Position numbers and translations under genes: made by a program
Shown: in pieces, positions 41,136 to 54,144 of the stretch
Layout: each line of letters starts with the position of its first letter
Position numbering within the stretch: the stretch's first letter is position 1
The notes under the pieces: model-generated
Seen by the model: only the letters and a program-made list of their open reading frames with translations
Told to the model about the DNA's origin: nothing
The model's database searches: none
DNA from: the human T2T-CHM13v2.0 reference genome, Homo sapiens
Direction: 5' to 3' (one strand)
DNA length: 64,000 bases
NCBI RefSeq assembly: GCF_009914755.1
Contig: NC_060943.1

Positions 41136-44100
41136 AAGTAGATACCCGTTCTATTTTCCTCTAAATTTTCCTTACAATTTAATCATTAGCACAGGTCTCT
41201 CCAAAGAGCAATTTATGTTAAAGAATAATTTTAAGGCATTCAATTTGATTTTAATAGTCATAGCTAGGCTGTGTCTAGTTTGTGATTTTCAAACAAAACC
41301 AAACAGAAACACACCGTTTAAAATGAGTTAAGCTGAAATGAGCCCTTGAGTGAAGCTAAGTTGGATACATTTTGTATGTCATAGAAATGATGGGAGGGAA
41401 CCAAGCTGAGGTATGTTAGGGATGAGGTTAGAGACTAGAAAAGAAAGGGGAGTGAAGCAAGGGGTTCTGGTTTGGGAGACAAGAAGGCTGTTTTCAAGGT
41501 AGCCAAAAGGCATAAGGAAATAAGGCCATCTCCCTGCTGTGCCCTGGGCCATCTTCCTCTGCCCATCAGCCCTGCTTGGGCCAGGTGGGCAGGATGAGGG
41601 TCCTTCACTCATCTGTGGAGCCACTGCAGTCCCTCCAGCCGAGCTCTTCTACCCCACCCAGCTTCTCTTAAATCTACCTCTTGAGACCAAAGGAAAACAT
41701 GATTTTCATCCAGATGAAAGTGGTGTGTGTATGTGTTTTTAACTGTTGCTGAATTTCACATCAGAAATTAGAAGCCCTAAAAATTAATTTTAACCAAACA
41801 TACTCACTTTATTCTTTCTCGCTACATTCATCTTTTCTGTCTAATACTGCTATCACTTCCTGAGAACAAGAGGAGAAATATTAGATCCTTCAGTTTTAAA
41901 AAGTAAAAAGCCATGGACAGAAGCATGCCCTTCTCCTTTGGTTCTTAGCATTCTGGAACGCACCTGTGTTAAAATATGAAGAAATAAAACAAATATAAAT
42001 TATGCATTTTCCAACTTAATTTAAAATGCATTATGCTTTGCTTTGTTCTCTGGAATTAGTCTTATTAAGGGGACAGATCTGTATGGATTAATTTTGAGTC
42101 AGTTTATTCACTTCTTTGTAATTCAGTGGCAAGAATTTTTGTCCCCAGGCATCAAATTAATTTTTTTTTTTTTACTGTAAGTAAAACATACAAAATGTAG
42201 ACCTCTTTGTGTTATTTCTTTGTTTACCTGGCATGCAACATATTCTCATATTATGCTTCCACCAAATCTGAAATCTTCTCCCTTTAAACAACAAAACTTT
42301 ACCCACAATTTTTAAAGCAATGTAACCTTTGTCACAATATTGGAGTTGAACACAATAATAGCATTATTCTCTGGTTGTATTCATTTCTATTAGAGATCTT
42401 CATGGCCTCCCTCTAACCCAAACTCAAGGAGACCAGCCCCCAAGCCCCTGCCTCCCCAATAATTTTGTCAACATGTGAACTGATATTTTATGGCTATTTA
42501 AAATGGGTACTAAATCATCATTCTTAAGTATTGTTTTAGTACAGTAATTCTTTGTTCTGCTTCGACATTTTAAATCTTTATATTTTTCCTCCCTACACGG
42601 AGCAAGAAAATCGTCTGCATTCTTAATTAGTCTTCTTTAAACAAAATATCCTTTCATATGCACTAATAAAGACTAAGGAGCCTTACCCTCTTGTTTAAAT
42701 AACTGCTTGCTGTAGTATAAAATTGTAAGAGAAACGATGCAGATCAAGTTGCGGGCTTGAAGTGGGGAAGAGGAACAAGCCGTGCCATAATAAGCAGATT
42801 TTAATGATTTACTATAAATCAGCATTTTTGCCCTGTCAGTGAGATTGAAGAGGCAGACAGCTCCTCACATGTCTGCCGAGCAAATGCCTTCCTGATGAAT
42901 CATGTGCACTGAATCACTGATCACAACATTCAAACGGCACATCCAAATAATGAGGGAAACATATACACAGGCTCCCGATGGCTGCTCCAAGGCAGCAGGA
43001 ATATATGTTTTTCCGTTGTGTGGTGGTTAAACCCCTCGCATTGATCCTCCGAGGACTGCATGGAGGGTAATAGAAGTGTATATTACCCGGTTAACCGCTG
43101 GTGCCCGAAACACAGGCTGATCTCCATAAATGCTCTCCCCAACCCCCTAGACTTTCGATGAGGATCTAATCTGGTCTTGAGGAGAAGGGAGGAAAGCAGA
43201 AAAAATAAAAATAAAAGACAGGCTGTAATAATGAACTTGAACGTAAAGAATCTGGCTGCAAAACCCAACAGAAATTGGAGCTAATTTCTGGGGACTGGTC
43301 TTCCGATATCCCCCTCCCAAGCCTCTGCCCCTGCTGTTTGCTTCCTCTGCTAGTGCCTAATAATCCCCAGTGGTAGTGCTTCCGGTCGGCAGGATCATCT
43401 CTGGGGAGAGGAGTGCCACTCTTCTTGTTGGAAGGACCCATTTGGAAACTGAGTATGGAGGACCCCCCGACAGGACAGTGGTCCAGAGAGCCAGGCCCCT
43501 AGAGCAGACTCTGAGGCCATCCCTGACCTGGACTTGGAGATGTTCAGGAAGCCTTTCCAGCAGACCAGAGGCTTTCCCTGATGGCAGCCTTCAGGGCCTC
43601 ACTCCTCTCGACCGCCGCAGCCCAACATCGGCAGCTCTCTCTGGTGCTGCTTGCTTCTTGTTGTCTTTGTAACACTCATCCTCATGGACTGTGGCTTCCT
43701 CAGTTGCAAAATCATTGTTTTAACTTTTTTGGAAACCCTTAAAATAACTTGCACATAGTACAGGCTTTTCCATCATACACCTACCTCCATGAGTAATGAA
43801 TGAATGAATGACAGCCACAGAGGCCGGGTATTGGCCGGCCACACTGAGCCGGCTCTCTAGGACACCTCACTCTCCGAGAAAACGAGGACGTCCTTGAGCC
43901 TAAGACAATCAATTTCTCTTTGCCAAATCCTAACCTCACTCCCTCTGGCATCCAAAGCCCTGCTTTGGGGCCAGCTGGGAATCTACGAGCCCTGGTCCCA
44001 CCCGTGGACTTACCTGGCTGCCTGACTGCCTGGCTGCTGTGGGGAAGATCTCCAAGGGAAGTCCCAGCTCAAACTGGAGAGGAAAAGAGGGAGGCCTCCA

Positions 44101-44344
44101 ACACCAGGGCATTTCACACTGCATTCTCGTACGTACCCCACATTACATCCCAGTGGTGCTCCCGGAACACAGATGGGGCCCCACAGTTCCACACTTTCTG
44201 CCTCTGGCTGGAATGCCCACTCCTCCCCTATTTAAATATACGTATTGTCAAAAATAGAGCTCCCCTTCCTCCCTGAAGCCCTGTCTCATCTTGTGCAATG
44301 GAAATAATCTCTCCCTTCTCTAAGCCCGATTATGCTTCAGATAT

Positions 44345-44940
44345 TTCCTTTGTTCATTCATTCATTCAATCACCCTGCCTCACACCAGGAGATGCCTGGT
44401 CTCTTCTGGTAATGGTGAAAAGAAGAGTGCCACCCTACGGGGTGGCGGCGGCTGCACCGTCCATTCTTCAGTGTGCATTGAGCATTCGCTGTCTGCTAGG
44501 CACTGTTCTGGGCCCGGTGGTGACCTAGTTGGGGCTGGACGGGTCCTTTCCAGGAGGTCACCAATCCGTGCTATCTGTGTCCTCAATCAGAATCCTGCAC
44601 TTAAAAGGGCCTTTCCCTGGTTTACTGCTCTAATGTCACCATCACATTCGTAACATTCATGAAATTCGTAACAATTTTTGAACAAGAGGGCCTGCATTTT
44701 CATTTTGTGAAATACTATAGCAGTCCTGGCTTTTATTTTGAAGGACTTGAATTCAGGGTGGGGGATGGGAGGGAGATGAAAATAAACAAGTAAACGAATG
44801 AACAAGACATTTCAGATGTCTCTGTGTGATGGGATGGAGAGTTGAAGGAGGGCTACTTCACATGGGGAAATTAAGGCAGGCTGGTGTGAGGAGGACTTCT
44901 GAGCGGAGTTGCATGTGATGGGAAGACACAAACATAACAA
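44345..44940 (-). mobile_element. L2 3' fragments split by MER53
   Basis: 'ttcattcattcattcaa', 'attgagcattcgctgtctgctaggcactgttctggg'. Confidence 0.65.
44552..44730 (+). mobile_element. MER53 (hAT)
   Basis: 'aatttttgaacaagagggcctgcattttcattttg' matches the MER53 core. Confidence 0.75.
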
Positions 44941-45458
44941 GCATGAGATAAACCAGTTAACCCCATGAATGAAATGAGCCGATTAACCCCATGGGTTGCT
45001 TCAGTGACGGCTCAACCTTTTATTCTGTTCTGGATGCTTGGACTGGTGGGTGCCTTCCTTCTCCCACCCTAGAGGGAAATTTTTGGGACGTACAGGCCCC
45101 TGTGGCCTTCTCCCGTAGCCAGAGACAGGCAGACCATTAATGCCACCAGGAACAAGGAGGAACACCCTGGTGTGTGCACTCTGGAACCCTCCAGAAGTCC
45201 CTGGAACCCTCTGGAACAGAAACCTCACCTTCCTCCTCCTCCCCTGGCAGCCTCAGCCCCTAGGCCCCCTGGGCCTTCTCGGTTCCTCTGTCCACCTGAC
45301 TTTGCCCAGGAATCTATCTTCCATAGGAGATGCGGGGTCCTACAGACAGCCTTGAGAAACTCATGCCCAGGAGGTGCTCTGTCTCTGGGCCTAAGGTTTA
45401 GGGAAATGGTGCAGACCAGCCAGTGCTTGTGAATTTCCTCTTCTCCTTGGGTCTCTAG

Positions 45459-45537
45459 CCCCTGGCCCCGCTGTGGTGTCTCAGAGCACCCTGATGGGTT
45501 TGCATCACAGCCTTTCGCAGCAGCCTTCCTTGGCCAG
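45459..45537 (+). other. Candidate spliced exon (79 bp)
   Basis: Pyrimidine tract 'tttcctcttctccttgggtctctag|' and perfect donor 'CAG|gtaagt'. Confidence 0.35.
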
Positions 45538-46865
45538 GTAAGTTAAGTATGAATTCTTTTACACAGGACTCATGATTCCTTTAGGTCTCTGTGGAGAACG
45601 GGAGTGAGGGGACCAGGGCCAGAGCTCTGCCCTCCCACAATGGCCTCTCCCTGTCCTGTTCAGGAACCTCTCCTGCCATTTGAGCCTCAGGCCAGCTGTC
45701 TCGTGGAGAAGACAGAGAACCAAACCACCCATTATCCCACCTGGCCAGGAGGACTTGAGATGACAGATTAGTGCAGCACCAAGCACAGTGGCTGGCACAA
45801 GAGACCCTTGTCACCTCCTCCAGGCTGTCTTCCTTCAATAACAGGCTCCGTTGTCATGCTTGGGTACTGCCACAGCAGTCACTGATTCTCTACTGTGGCA
45901 TGCTCCTGATGAAATTCAACAGTTGGGACAAATGGGCTAGAAAGAAACCTCTCTGAGGGCAGAGGCCTTAGGTGCCACAATGCTTACCTGGACCTGATAC
46001 CCAGCAGGTGTGCAGGGAAAGGTATGCAGAAGAGAAGGAAGGGGATGGCATGGCATGCACAGCGGCAGCACACAGGCTGTGTGTGGGCAGTGCCCAGGAA
46101 GGAGGTGCGTCAATACAACAAGGGTTGACACCAAGTGCAGTGCAGTTGAAAGCCACAATGTAATTATCCACCCAGGAAAAGAGGGTCCCCTCCCATGGGA
46201 CTGCCATCCATGTGAAGAGAAGGAAAATAAACTCATTCAAGGTCAATTTAAAGGTTAAATGGAGGTCAACCGGGGGGAACTGAGACCATCCCTGTCAATG
46301 GGAGCAGTCTTGGCCACTTACTTAGGACTTTAACCTTTGGCTTTAACATTCATCTGAAAAAAAAAAAAAAAGTGAAGCAGATAAGTGGGTATTAGTAGAC
46401 ATACCATTTTAGCCATCTTAGAAAATAAAAAATAAGAGTGATCGTGGATCCAGTGGCAGTTACTTTAGAAAGATAGTAATGTGTAATTCCCAGTTTCTCA
46501 GACTGTAACTTCTGCACTTACCACTAATTTCTCCACTGCTCCAATTGCAGTGTATACATTTAGTTTACAATTTATCATCACCGTTTGTGTATATTACGCC
46601 AGCAGCATAATCCATCCTCATGAAGCTAATGCTCAGCATTAGGAAAATGGACTCCGTATGGAGCCTGCCAGACTCTGGCCTCAACACAGACCGAGTTGCA
46701 GGTTCCTGGGCCCCCACTCCCCCCACCCCAGAGTATATGTGGCGTTATGTTTTGTGCACTCTCTCCAAATGGCACGGTCTGATTTCTGCAAGTTGCTGGT
46801 GTCCATTGTCTGTGGATGTAAAAATCAATGACCTACATACGATTTTGATTTTGCACTGGGAATTG

Positions 46866-46923
46866 AGAGAGAGAGAGAAAGAAACATTGAGAGAGAGAGA
46901 GAGAGAGAGAGAAATGAGATGAG
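46866..46923. repeat. Interrupted (GA)n
   Basis: Directly visible. Confidence 0.9.
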
Positions 46924-47907
46924 ACGCAAACGGAAAATAATGAAACAGTCATGTTAAGAAATATATTAGCATGTTGGACTCAAAAAATATATTTCCAAGA
47001 GGATATCCTTTTTTTTTCTTCCAACAGGAACATATTTAATTTCATGGTCATTTGATTAAAACAGTTAATTGTATTAATGTGTTATTGAGCTGAAAGTGCT
47101 GGTCATTCCGGGATGGACGCTCACTCGGGCGCAGAGAACAAAACCTCGTAATTCCAGGGCTCTTTGGGAGCTGGTGGAACTAGGACCTGCTATTGAAACC
47201 TCTCAGTGGATATTCAATCCTTGTTTTTATTTTCTTAAAAGAGAGAGAGAGAAAAAAAAGCCTCAAACTGCTGATTTCTGCAGAAAAATCTGCAAATGAA
47301 CTGTTCTATTAGCACAAACATACCAAAGTCTTTAGAACCCCTCTCTTCAAAAGCATAATTAGGTATTTATTTCAGACATACTAACATCTTTGCAGTAGCT
47401 AATAAGATGCAGCCCATTTGAATATTAATATAATAAATGATTAAATTAAACAGCAAGATTCAGACTCAGAAATAGCCTTTATAGGTCCCAGGGGGTCACT
47501 AAAACTGTTTCCATTTCTTCCTACAGTTAACATAGTGCAAGGGACAGGAATGCATAGAGCAATATTTGTCTTATGAAATGCGGAGTTTTATATGGTGCTA
47601 TTCAGTTTTATTACTCCACAGTTTGAATCTGGGGCCCAGAGTGAAGTCACCATGCTGTGGTCTGACAGCCCCTCTTCCTGTCTCACTGCTTGCTGGCATT
47701 CCAGAGACGCTCCACTGCTTGGCAAAGAGTCCTCTCTGATAGTCTCCATACCAATAGGTACTCATGGAGCTGGGCACAAGGTAAACTCACAATATGATTA
47801 AAGGAAACAAAGGCAAAACCCCAAAACCAACTGACGCTGCATACCAAACTGCCCAGGGTTTATTTTGTGTGTCTACGTGGGTGTGTTTCTCGATTCCACT
47901 GAGCTCA

Positions 47908-47929
47908 GTGTGTGTGTGTGTGTGTGTGT
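47908..47929. repeat. (GT)n microsatellite
   Basis: Directly visible. Confidence 0.95.
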
Positions 47930-49802
47930 CGGGGGGTGGGTAGCGGGGCAGGCTGAAAGGCCACACCCAAAGCTGGGGTGTGGGCTGAAGCCAGATGCAC
48001 CAGGATGTGGGCAGGCTCTTCATCTCTCAACTAGGAGGGACCCCCGCCCACCCACTTCACGCGCACAAAAAAGAATAGGCAAAGTCCACAATTATAATTG
48101 GCGATTATTCCAATAAAGGTATAAAGGTGTTTCCCTTTTTAAATTAGTTCATGAAAACTGCACAGTCTCCAAATCCCATGAACCTGAGATGTGTTAATAA
48201 ACATCTGGCCATGGTTTTTGCTTAATTAGCATTCTCTAGTTTGGACGGAAGTCTGTTTATATAAAACAAAACACACACACACACACATACACAGATTCTG
48301 TTTTGTAAGCCACAGCCCCTCAGAAATCCAAAACGAGCCTCCCCTAATGATCGGAGAGAGATTTGGGTCTTTCCATACTCCTATTTGTCAACTGAGCAGC
48401 AGAAGAGAAAAGATACTTGGATCTGCATGTCTAATTTTATTATGCAAGTCTCAGATCCAATATCTAATAACTTGATATAGTCATGCTGTTTGAAAATATT
48501 CACATTTTTGGAATAGAAGATATTGAAGCTTGCAGGTCAGCTTGCATTAAATAGAAAACAACACAAACCAACCTCAAGCATGTCCACGGTCCACATTATT
48601 ATTATCCACAGCCAAAAATCTCCCCGCCCTATCTCTCTAAGGAGCAGCGTCGGCAGGGAGGTAATGGATAAACCATAACCCGGCTTGCAAGGCTTTACTG
48701 TCTAAATTAGATAAAAGAAAAGTAGGAAGAAAACTCAAAGATAAGTGGTACAAAGTAAATCAAAACAAATCATCTTACCAAACTTTATTCACATCTGATA
48801 CCATTTTTAGAAATTAAGGTCAGTTTTGTGGAACTAATAGGAAGTTATACCTATATATCTTGGACACCATGACAATGCCGGGGTGGAAGATTTATACACC
48901 ATGGTTGCAGATGCAGAAGAAAGATATGAGAGATCAAATGGAAGTGCATGATAACAAATGAAAAATGGTCCCCACAGCCCATAAATTAATTGAGAAAAGA
49001 AGGTTGTCATTATTTGAACATGCTTTAAAATAAGGTATGGAGTCCAGATGGCTGAGGATAGATAGGCCCACAAAGTTTGAGTAATTGATGACTTAAAAAT
49101 AAAACAAGATCTTAAAGAAATGAATCACGTTGGGCAAGTTAGAGGAGGAATATTATAAGAGAAAAGATGAGATTTAAAAAAAGCACACAAAGCAAAAATG
49201 AACCCCACATCTCTGGAACCATTAAAGCCCAATGAAAGCATAAAAGAAAAAGTGAGTTCAGGGGGATTCAAAAATGAGGGAGAGGGCAAGAAGGTGGGCA
49301 GGTCAGAGGCAAAACTCTAATATGGCTATGTTTCAGATGCTATTTCATTAACCTATTCAGCTTTGTTTTGGCTTTTCTGTTGCAAACATATGCCTTTTCC
49401 TTTTTTTTTTTTTAATGGTATCTAAATAGGGCTACCCTAAGGTGGGCCACCAAGGTTGCAAATAATAGTTTTCTGCTGCTGCCTCTTAAGCTAATCCCCC
49501 ACTAGAAAATTCAAAAACAATTTGCCTCTGGGATACCTCTGTTGCAGGGTGTGGGGTAGCTGGCAGCTTGAGAATTTTCTTGGGGAGTTGGGGTTTGCCA
49601 AAAGCGCAAACTCAATTGATTTTCCACAGCCAGAGTAGACCAGAACCTTCCCCAAGGAGAGGATATCATCACCTAGATAAGCCCATCTCCTTTCCTGCCC
49701 CCTGCCAATGGGAAGAAGGCGCTTGTCTTCAGTACCTTCTCCTGGAAATGGTATTTCTGCTGTATCCAGATGCAAAATGAGTTCTAAAGGAACAGCAAAT
49801 GC

Positions 49803-50130
49803 TCCCTCCCTCCTTCCTTCCCTTTTTCCTTTCTTCCTTTCTTCTTTCCTTTCTCCCTCCTTCCCTTCCTTCTTTGCCCCTTCCCTCTCTTCTTCCTTCC
49901 TTCATCTCTTCCTCCCTCTCTCCTTTTTCCTTCTTCTCTTTCTCCCTCCTTCCTTCCTCCCTCCTTTCTCCACTCCGTCCTTCCTTTCCCACTTCTTCCT
50001 CACTCTCTCCTTCCTTCCTCCCTCCCTTCTTCCCTTCCTTCCTGCCTTCCCTCTTTTTTTCCTGGCTTTTTTTCTGTTTCTTTCTTTTTCTTCTTCTTTT
50101 TTCCCCAGAATCTCTTCTTTTTTCTTTTTT
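49803..50130. repeat. Polypyrimidine (CCTT/CT-rich) low-complexity tract
   Basis: About 330 bp almost entirely C/T. Confidence 0.95.
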
Positions 50131-50772
50131 GACACTTCTTTCTCCATCTTTCTAATCACTACTTGTGCCACCATCTGTAATTTCCCCCATATCCCTGAAA
50201 TACAGGAAATGGAAGCAGCGGTGCAGCGTATTCCATATTTATGACTTCTCAGTACATTAGAGCATCCACTGGCGCTGGAGAGCCCCCGTCTGAGTGCAGC
50301 TCGGTGGAAATGCTCTCTGTGCAGCCAAAAGAGGCCGGCTGGGGCAGGGGAAGCCTCGGAAGTATGCTAATCATGCCTCTCAAAGGCTTCCCATGAGGGC
50401 TCTACTTGGTCCTTGTTTTGAAAATGTATTTTTCCCTCTGCTTCTCTCCTTTACACGCATATATATTTTTGCCCTCAAAGCCAGATATTTGCTGTTCACA
50501 CTAAGAGAGTATTATGAATATTCTGAATGCAAAGATAGCTCTGGGATAGGACATCAGGCACGGAGGTCGGCATGGGTGTACACAGCCCCTTTATTTACCC
50601 AGTGAGGAGGCAGGCTGCATTATCACAATGCTCTCCTCCACATCATACCCCGATCCCTCACATTAAACTCCTTGGCAACTGATTACTGATGACAAAAAAT
50701 ATATATACAGCTGTACAATTCCACTGGCTGCTAGGAATGTACAACCACAGACTACCTTTCCATGCTAAGGAA

Positions 50773-50886
50773 CATGCAAGTGTGTGATGCATGTGTGTGC
50801 ACATGTGTGCACATGAATTTGTGTGAGTGTGAATGTGCATGCATGTGTGTGCATATGTGTTTGTGTGAGTGTGAGTGTGTGTGTGT
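50773..50886. repeat. Alternating purine-pyrimidine (TG/CA) tract
   Basis: 'gcatgtgtgtgcacatgtgtgcacatg...gtgtgtgtgt'. Confidence 0.9.
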
Positions 50887-53544
50887 TGGAGCAAAATACT
50901 TGCTATTGTGGCAGTATAAAGGCAAAGTTTAAAAAGTGTCTCATCACAGTTCACTCTCGTGTTATTAAGGTGCATTAATCTCCAAAGTGAGACACACACA
51001 GGATAAACCAAAATATGACCCTAAGTGCTGAAGGCAAGCCAACGGACTTGGAAATAATCTGAAGACAGAAATATATAGGCAGCAAACATTTCAAGAGAAG
51101 GAGACTTGCCAGGAGGATTGATTTGAATACTCTGCCTGGAGATTTATTTTGCCTTATTGTCACAAAAGGCAATGCCCTGCCCCCAGCCACCCGCCCCCCG
51201 CTTCAGGCAGTGAAGGAGATGGCATAAAAACCTCTTTGACCGCGTGGCGATGGCTATGTCTTAGTAGAGGCTAAAAATGGATGAGAAGTATCGGAGAAAT
51301 GAACTTCTGCGGTTTTCAAAAAACGGTTCAGAATAGATGAGCCAACTCCTTTACATGTTCAAAAGAAAGAGGGAACAATTTTGTGAAATGCTAAGGCAGT
51401 GCAAAGTGAATGTTAAATAGTTTTTATCCACCAAAAAAAAAAATAGACTTATTCAAATGCATGTCTTGCTTGTCTTTAACTAAAGTGAAATTTCTTAAAT
51501 CCAGCTGTAGTCTTATGGGTGGTGGGAGGTGGCGGGGGTGGGGGACAGCAGAAGCACAGAACGTCTTCCTTGAACTGAACATCATGTCATTTTAAAAGCA
51601 GAGGCACACACGCTATTGATTTTTTTTTAATACAAATTTGGCAGATTTCACATGATCCATTACATTTCTCAGGACGGTTAAGATGCAGCTTGCATGATTT
51701 ATTCAGAATAAGGTCCATTTTTAGCTATATTTAAGTCTCCTATTTGTTATTTAACATGTGTTTAATGTTTTCTGCCCCTGCTGTGCACAGCTGCAAGCTG
51801 CTATTTTTTGGCAATTTTTGTGACTGGGAAGTGATTTGTGTCTTTGCATCTCACCTTTCTATTCTGTGGGCCTGCTGTTTTGATTTTTTCCTAAACTTTG
51901 AAAAATAAGTTGCTCTGTGTCGCGACCTCTGCTTCACTTTGCTGGGCAAACAGGAAAGCTTAAAGAGTACAACCAACCATGACAGACCTCTTACAGAGTT
52001 TTTAGAACAACATCACTGGGAACTGAAATTTCAGGAAATTTATATTTTAAAAAATGCCAAGTTTTCCCATCCCAGCCCCTCAGAACGGATTGAAGCTAGC
52101 AATTTGGAAGAACGTCCGTCCTCCAGTGAGAATGTCTGTGGTGATTTAAGTTGATGCTGACATGATTCTGCAGGGCTTAGCCAGGTAGGAACCAATGTGG
52201 TACCTATCACCTATCGAGGGGAAAAGGCAGCTCCCCCCCATCCCCCACAACTGTTTTAGAAAACATACTCCAGGATTCTGGAGGCACGTGCCTCAGCAAC
52301 ATGCTTACTGTAACTGTCTCTCTGAATCCATTCTTCCCTGAAGGAGGGTATGCCACTCAGGGCTGTCTGTCCAGTGCCAGGTCAAAGATGCCCCTGAACC
52401 CTTCTCTTCCCCTGCACACCTGCCCAGACCAACACAGGAAGTCAGCAACAGACACACATTGCAAAGAACAGAGCATCAGGCTTGGACAAAGAGTAGTCCA
52501 ACCAGCCTAGTTTGGACCTATCATATATAAGTAAAAAGTCTGTAAGTGTTTACCTGATTCCATCAGACACGACGATGGCACTGAGTGGCCCGGTGATTTA
52601 TTTTTCCAAAGCCCAAACGATCCTGCTTAATATTGCTTGATATGTGCTAACCTTCCCTTTGCAGGGCCTGCAATTGAAAGCCATGCAGCAGTGGTTTAAT
52701 CCTGGCCTCTTACTTATCTAAAACACACTCTCTGACTGTGCTGTGAAAATTGAATCTTTTCCCCACAATCTTACTGACATGAAAAATATATAATACAGTA
52801 AATGATTAATGCAGTTATAAACTATACCTGAGATAAGATTTAAGTATTCATATTTCTATCATGTTAATACAACACGATAAACCCATGAAGCAAACTTGAC
52901 CGGGGCATTTGTTATTCTGTCCAGTGTTCAATTATTCTTTGTCCAAATACAATTTAGGGGCTTGCTGTAATGCAGTCACTTGGTGAACACATTATGTGCT
53001 TCTGGGAGATAATAAGCTACATCGATGGTCAGCCGAGGAGATCTGCTCCACAGAGACCCCTACCAAACACCAGGGAATATGAAGACAGATCGCATGGGCC
53101 CTGGGCCCGGGGACAGGCCCCCTGAAAAGATCATTTGCACCAGTATGCCAGCCTCGTTTCAGCCACCCTTCCTCCCTTTTATAAGAGAGTCTCCCGTTAA
53201 AGGCAAACTTATTTGCCGTAATCAAAAGGAAGCTTAACAATAAGTGAAACTGCTTAAAAGCTGCCTTCGCCTAACGCTGAATATGGTTTTTTTATCTGTG
53301 ACTGTAGAGAAGCCATTTCTTTGTTGGCTCTAAATGGCCCCCATTCCTTCGTTGTGCAAATTGCTCACACGCGCCAATGTGCCATTTACCACCCACCTCA
53401 TTATTTTTATACTTCCGATGATGTCGATTTTGATTTTCAAATGCCAGCCATTTATAGCTCATTCTAAAACACACACACAAAAATTAAGTGATTCACAATC
53501 TCTGCCATTAGCTGGGCTTTGGGGGCCTCTAAGTTGAGGACAAG

Positions 53545-53750
53545 CAGTATAGCACAGTGGCCACACACCTGCGTGTGGTGTCCCAGATCTGTCCCTCATT
53601 AGCTAAGAGACCCTGAAGAAGTTTCTTCACCTCTGTAAGTCTTAGTTTCCTGCTTAGGAAGGTAGAATCGTGCTTTCTACCTCTTAGGTTTGAAGGGCAA
53701 TCACTAACAGTATGTGGCATGTAATACATCCTCAACAATTGTTAATAATC
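53545..53750 (+). mobile_element. MIR
   Basis: 'agtatagcacagtgg...ctcattagctaagagaccctgaagaagtttcttcacctctgtaagtcttagtttcct'. Confidence 0.75.
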
Positions 53751-54144
53751 ACTGTATGGTCATTATTTCCTGGGTCTCACTGCAACAAGTGAGCTGTCCG
53801 TGGACAACAGGCTCATTCTCAAAGCTATCTGCTCAAAGCTGGACAGGGACCCATGGTGCCACATCTTGCTCCATGGACTCTAGAAATTGCTGCTGCTTTG
53901 AGAGATGCTTTCTGCCCTTGGTATTCTGAATTCAGTGCCTGGGAGGAGAAGCACTTTTAAGGTCCTTGGGGACAGGCAAGGCAGAAGACATTTTGTAGGA
54001 GGCTCACTCAGTACCCTGCACAAGTGGATCTCAGTGTGGATGTGAACTCTAAGATATAGGGGCATTGGAAATGCAAATAGGTGTGATACAGTGTGTACAC
54101 AATCTTCCTGGGAGTGTCTGCACACAGGTCCTATGATCCTCTTT

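Noticed and set aside
43800-44520. CpG island
   Set aside because: By eye, CpG density is only modestly raised; kept only as part of the promoter hypothesis.
49708-50244. 178-aa hydrophobic ORF and basic antisense ORFs
   Set aside because: Translations of the polypyrimidine tract.
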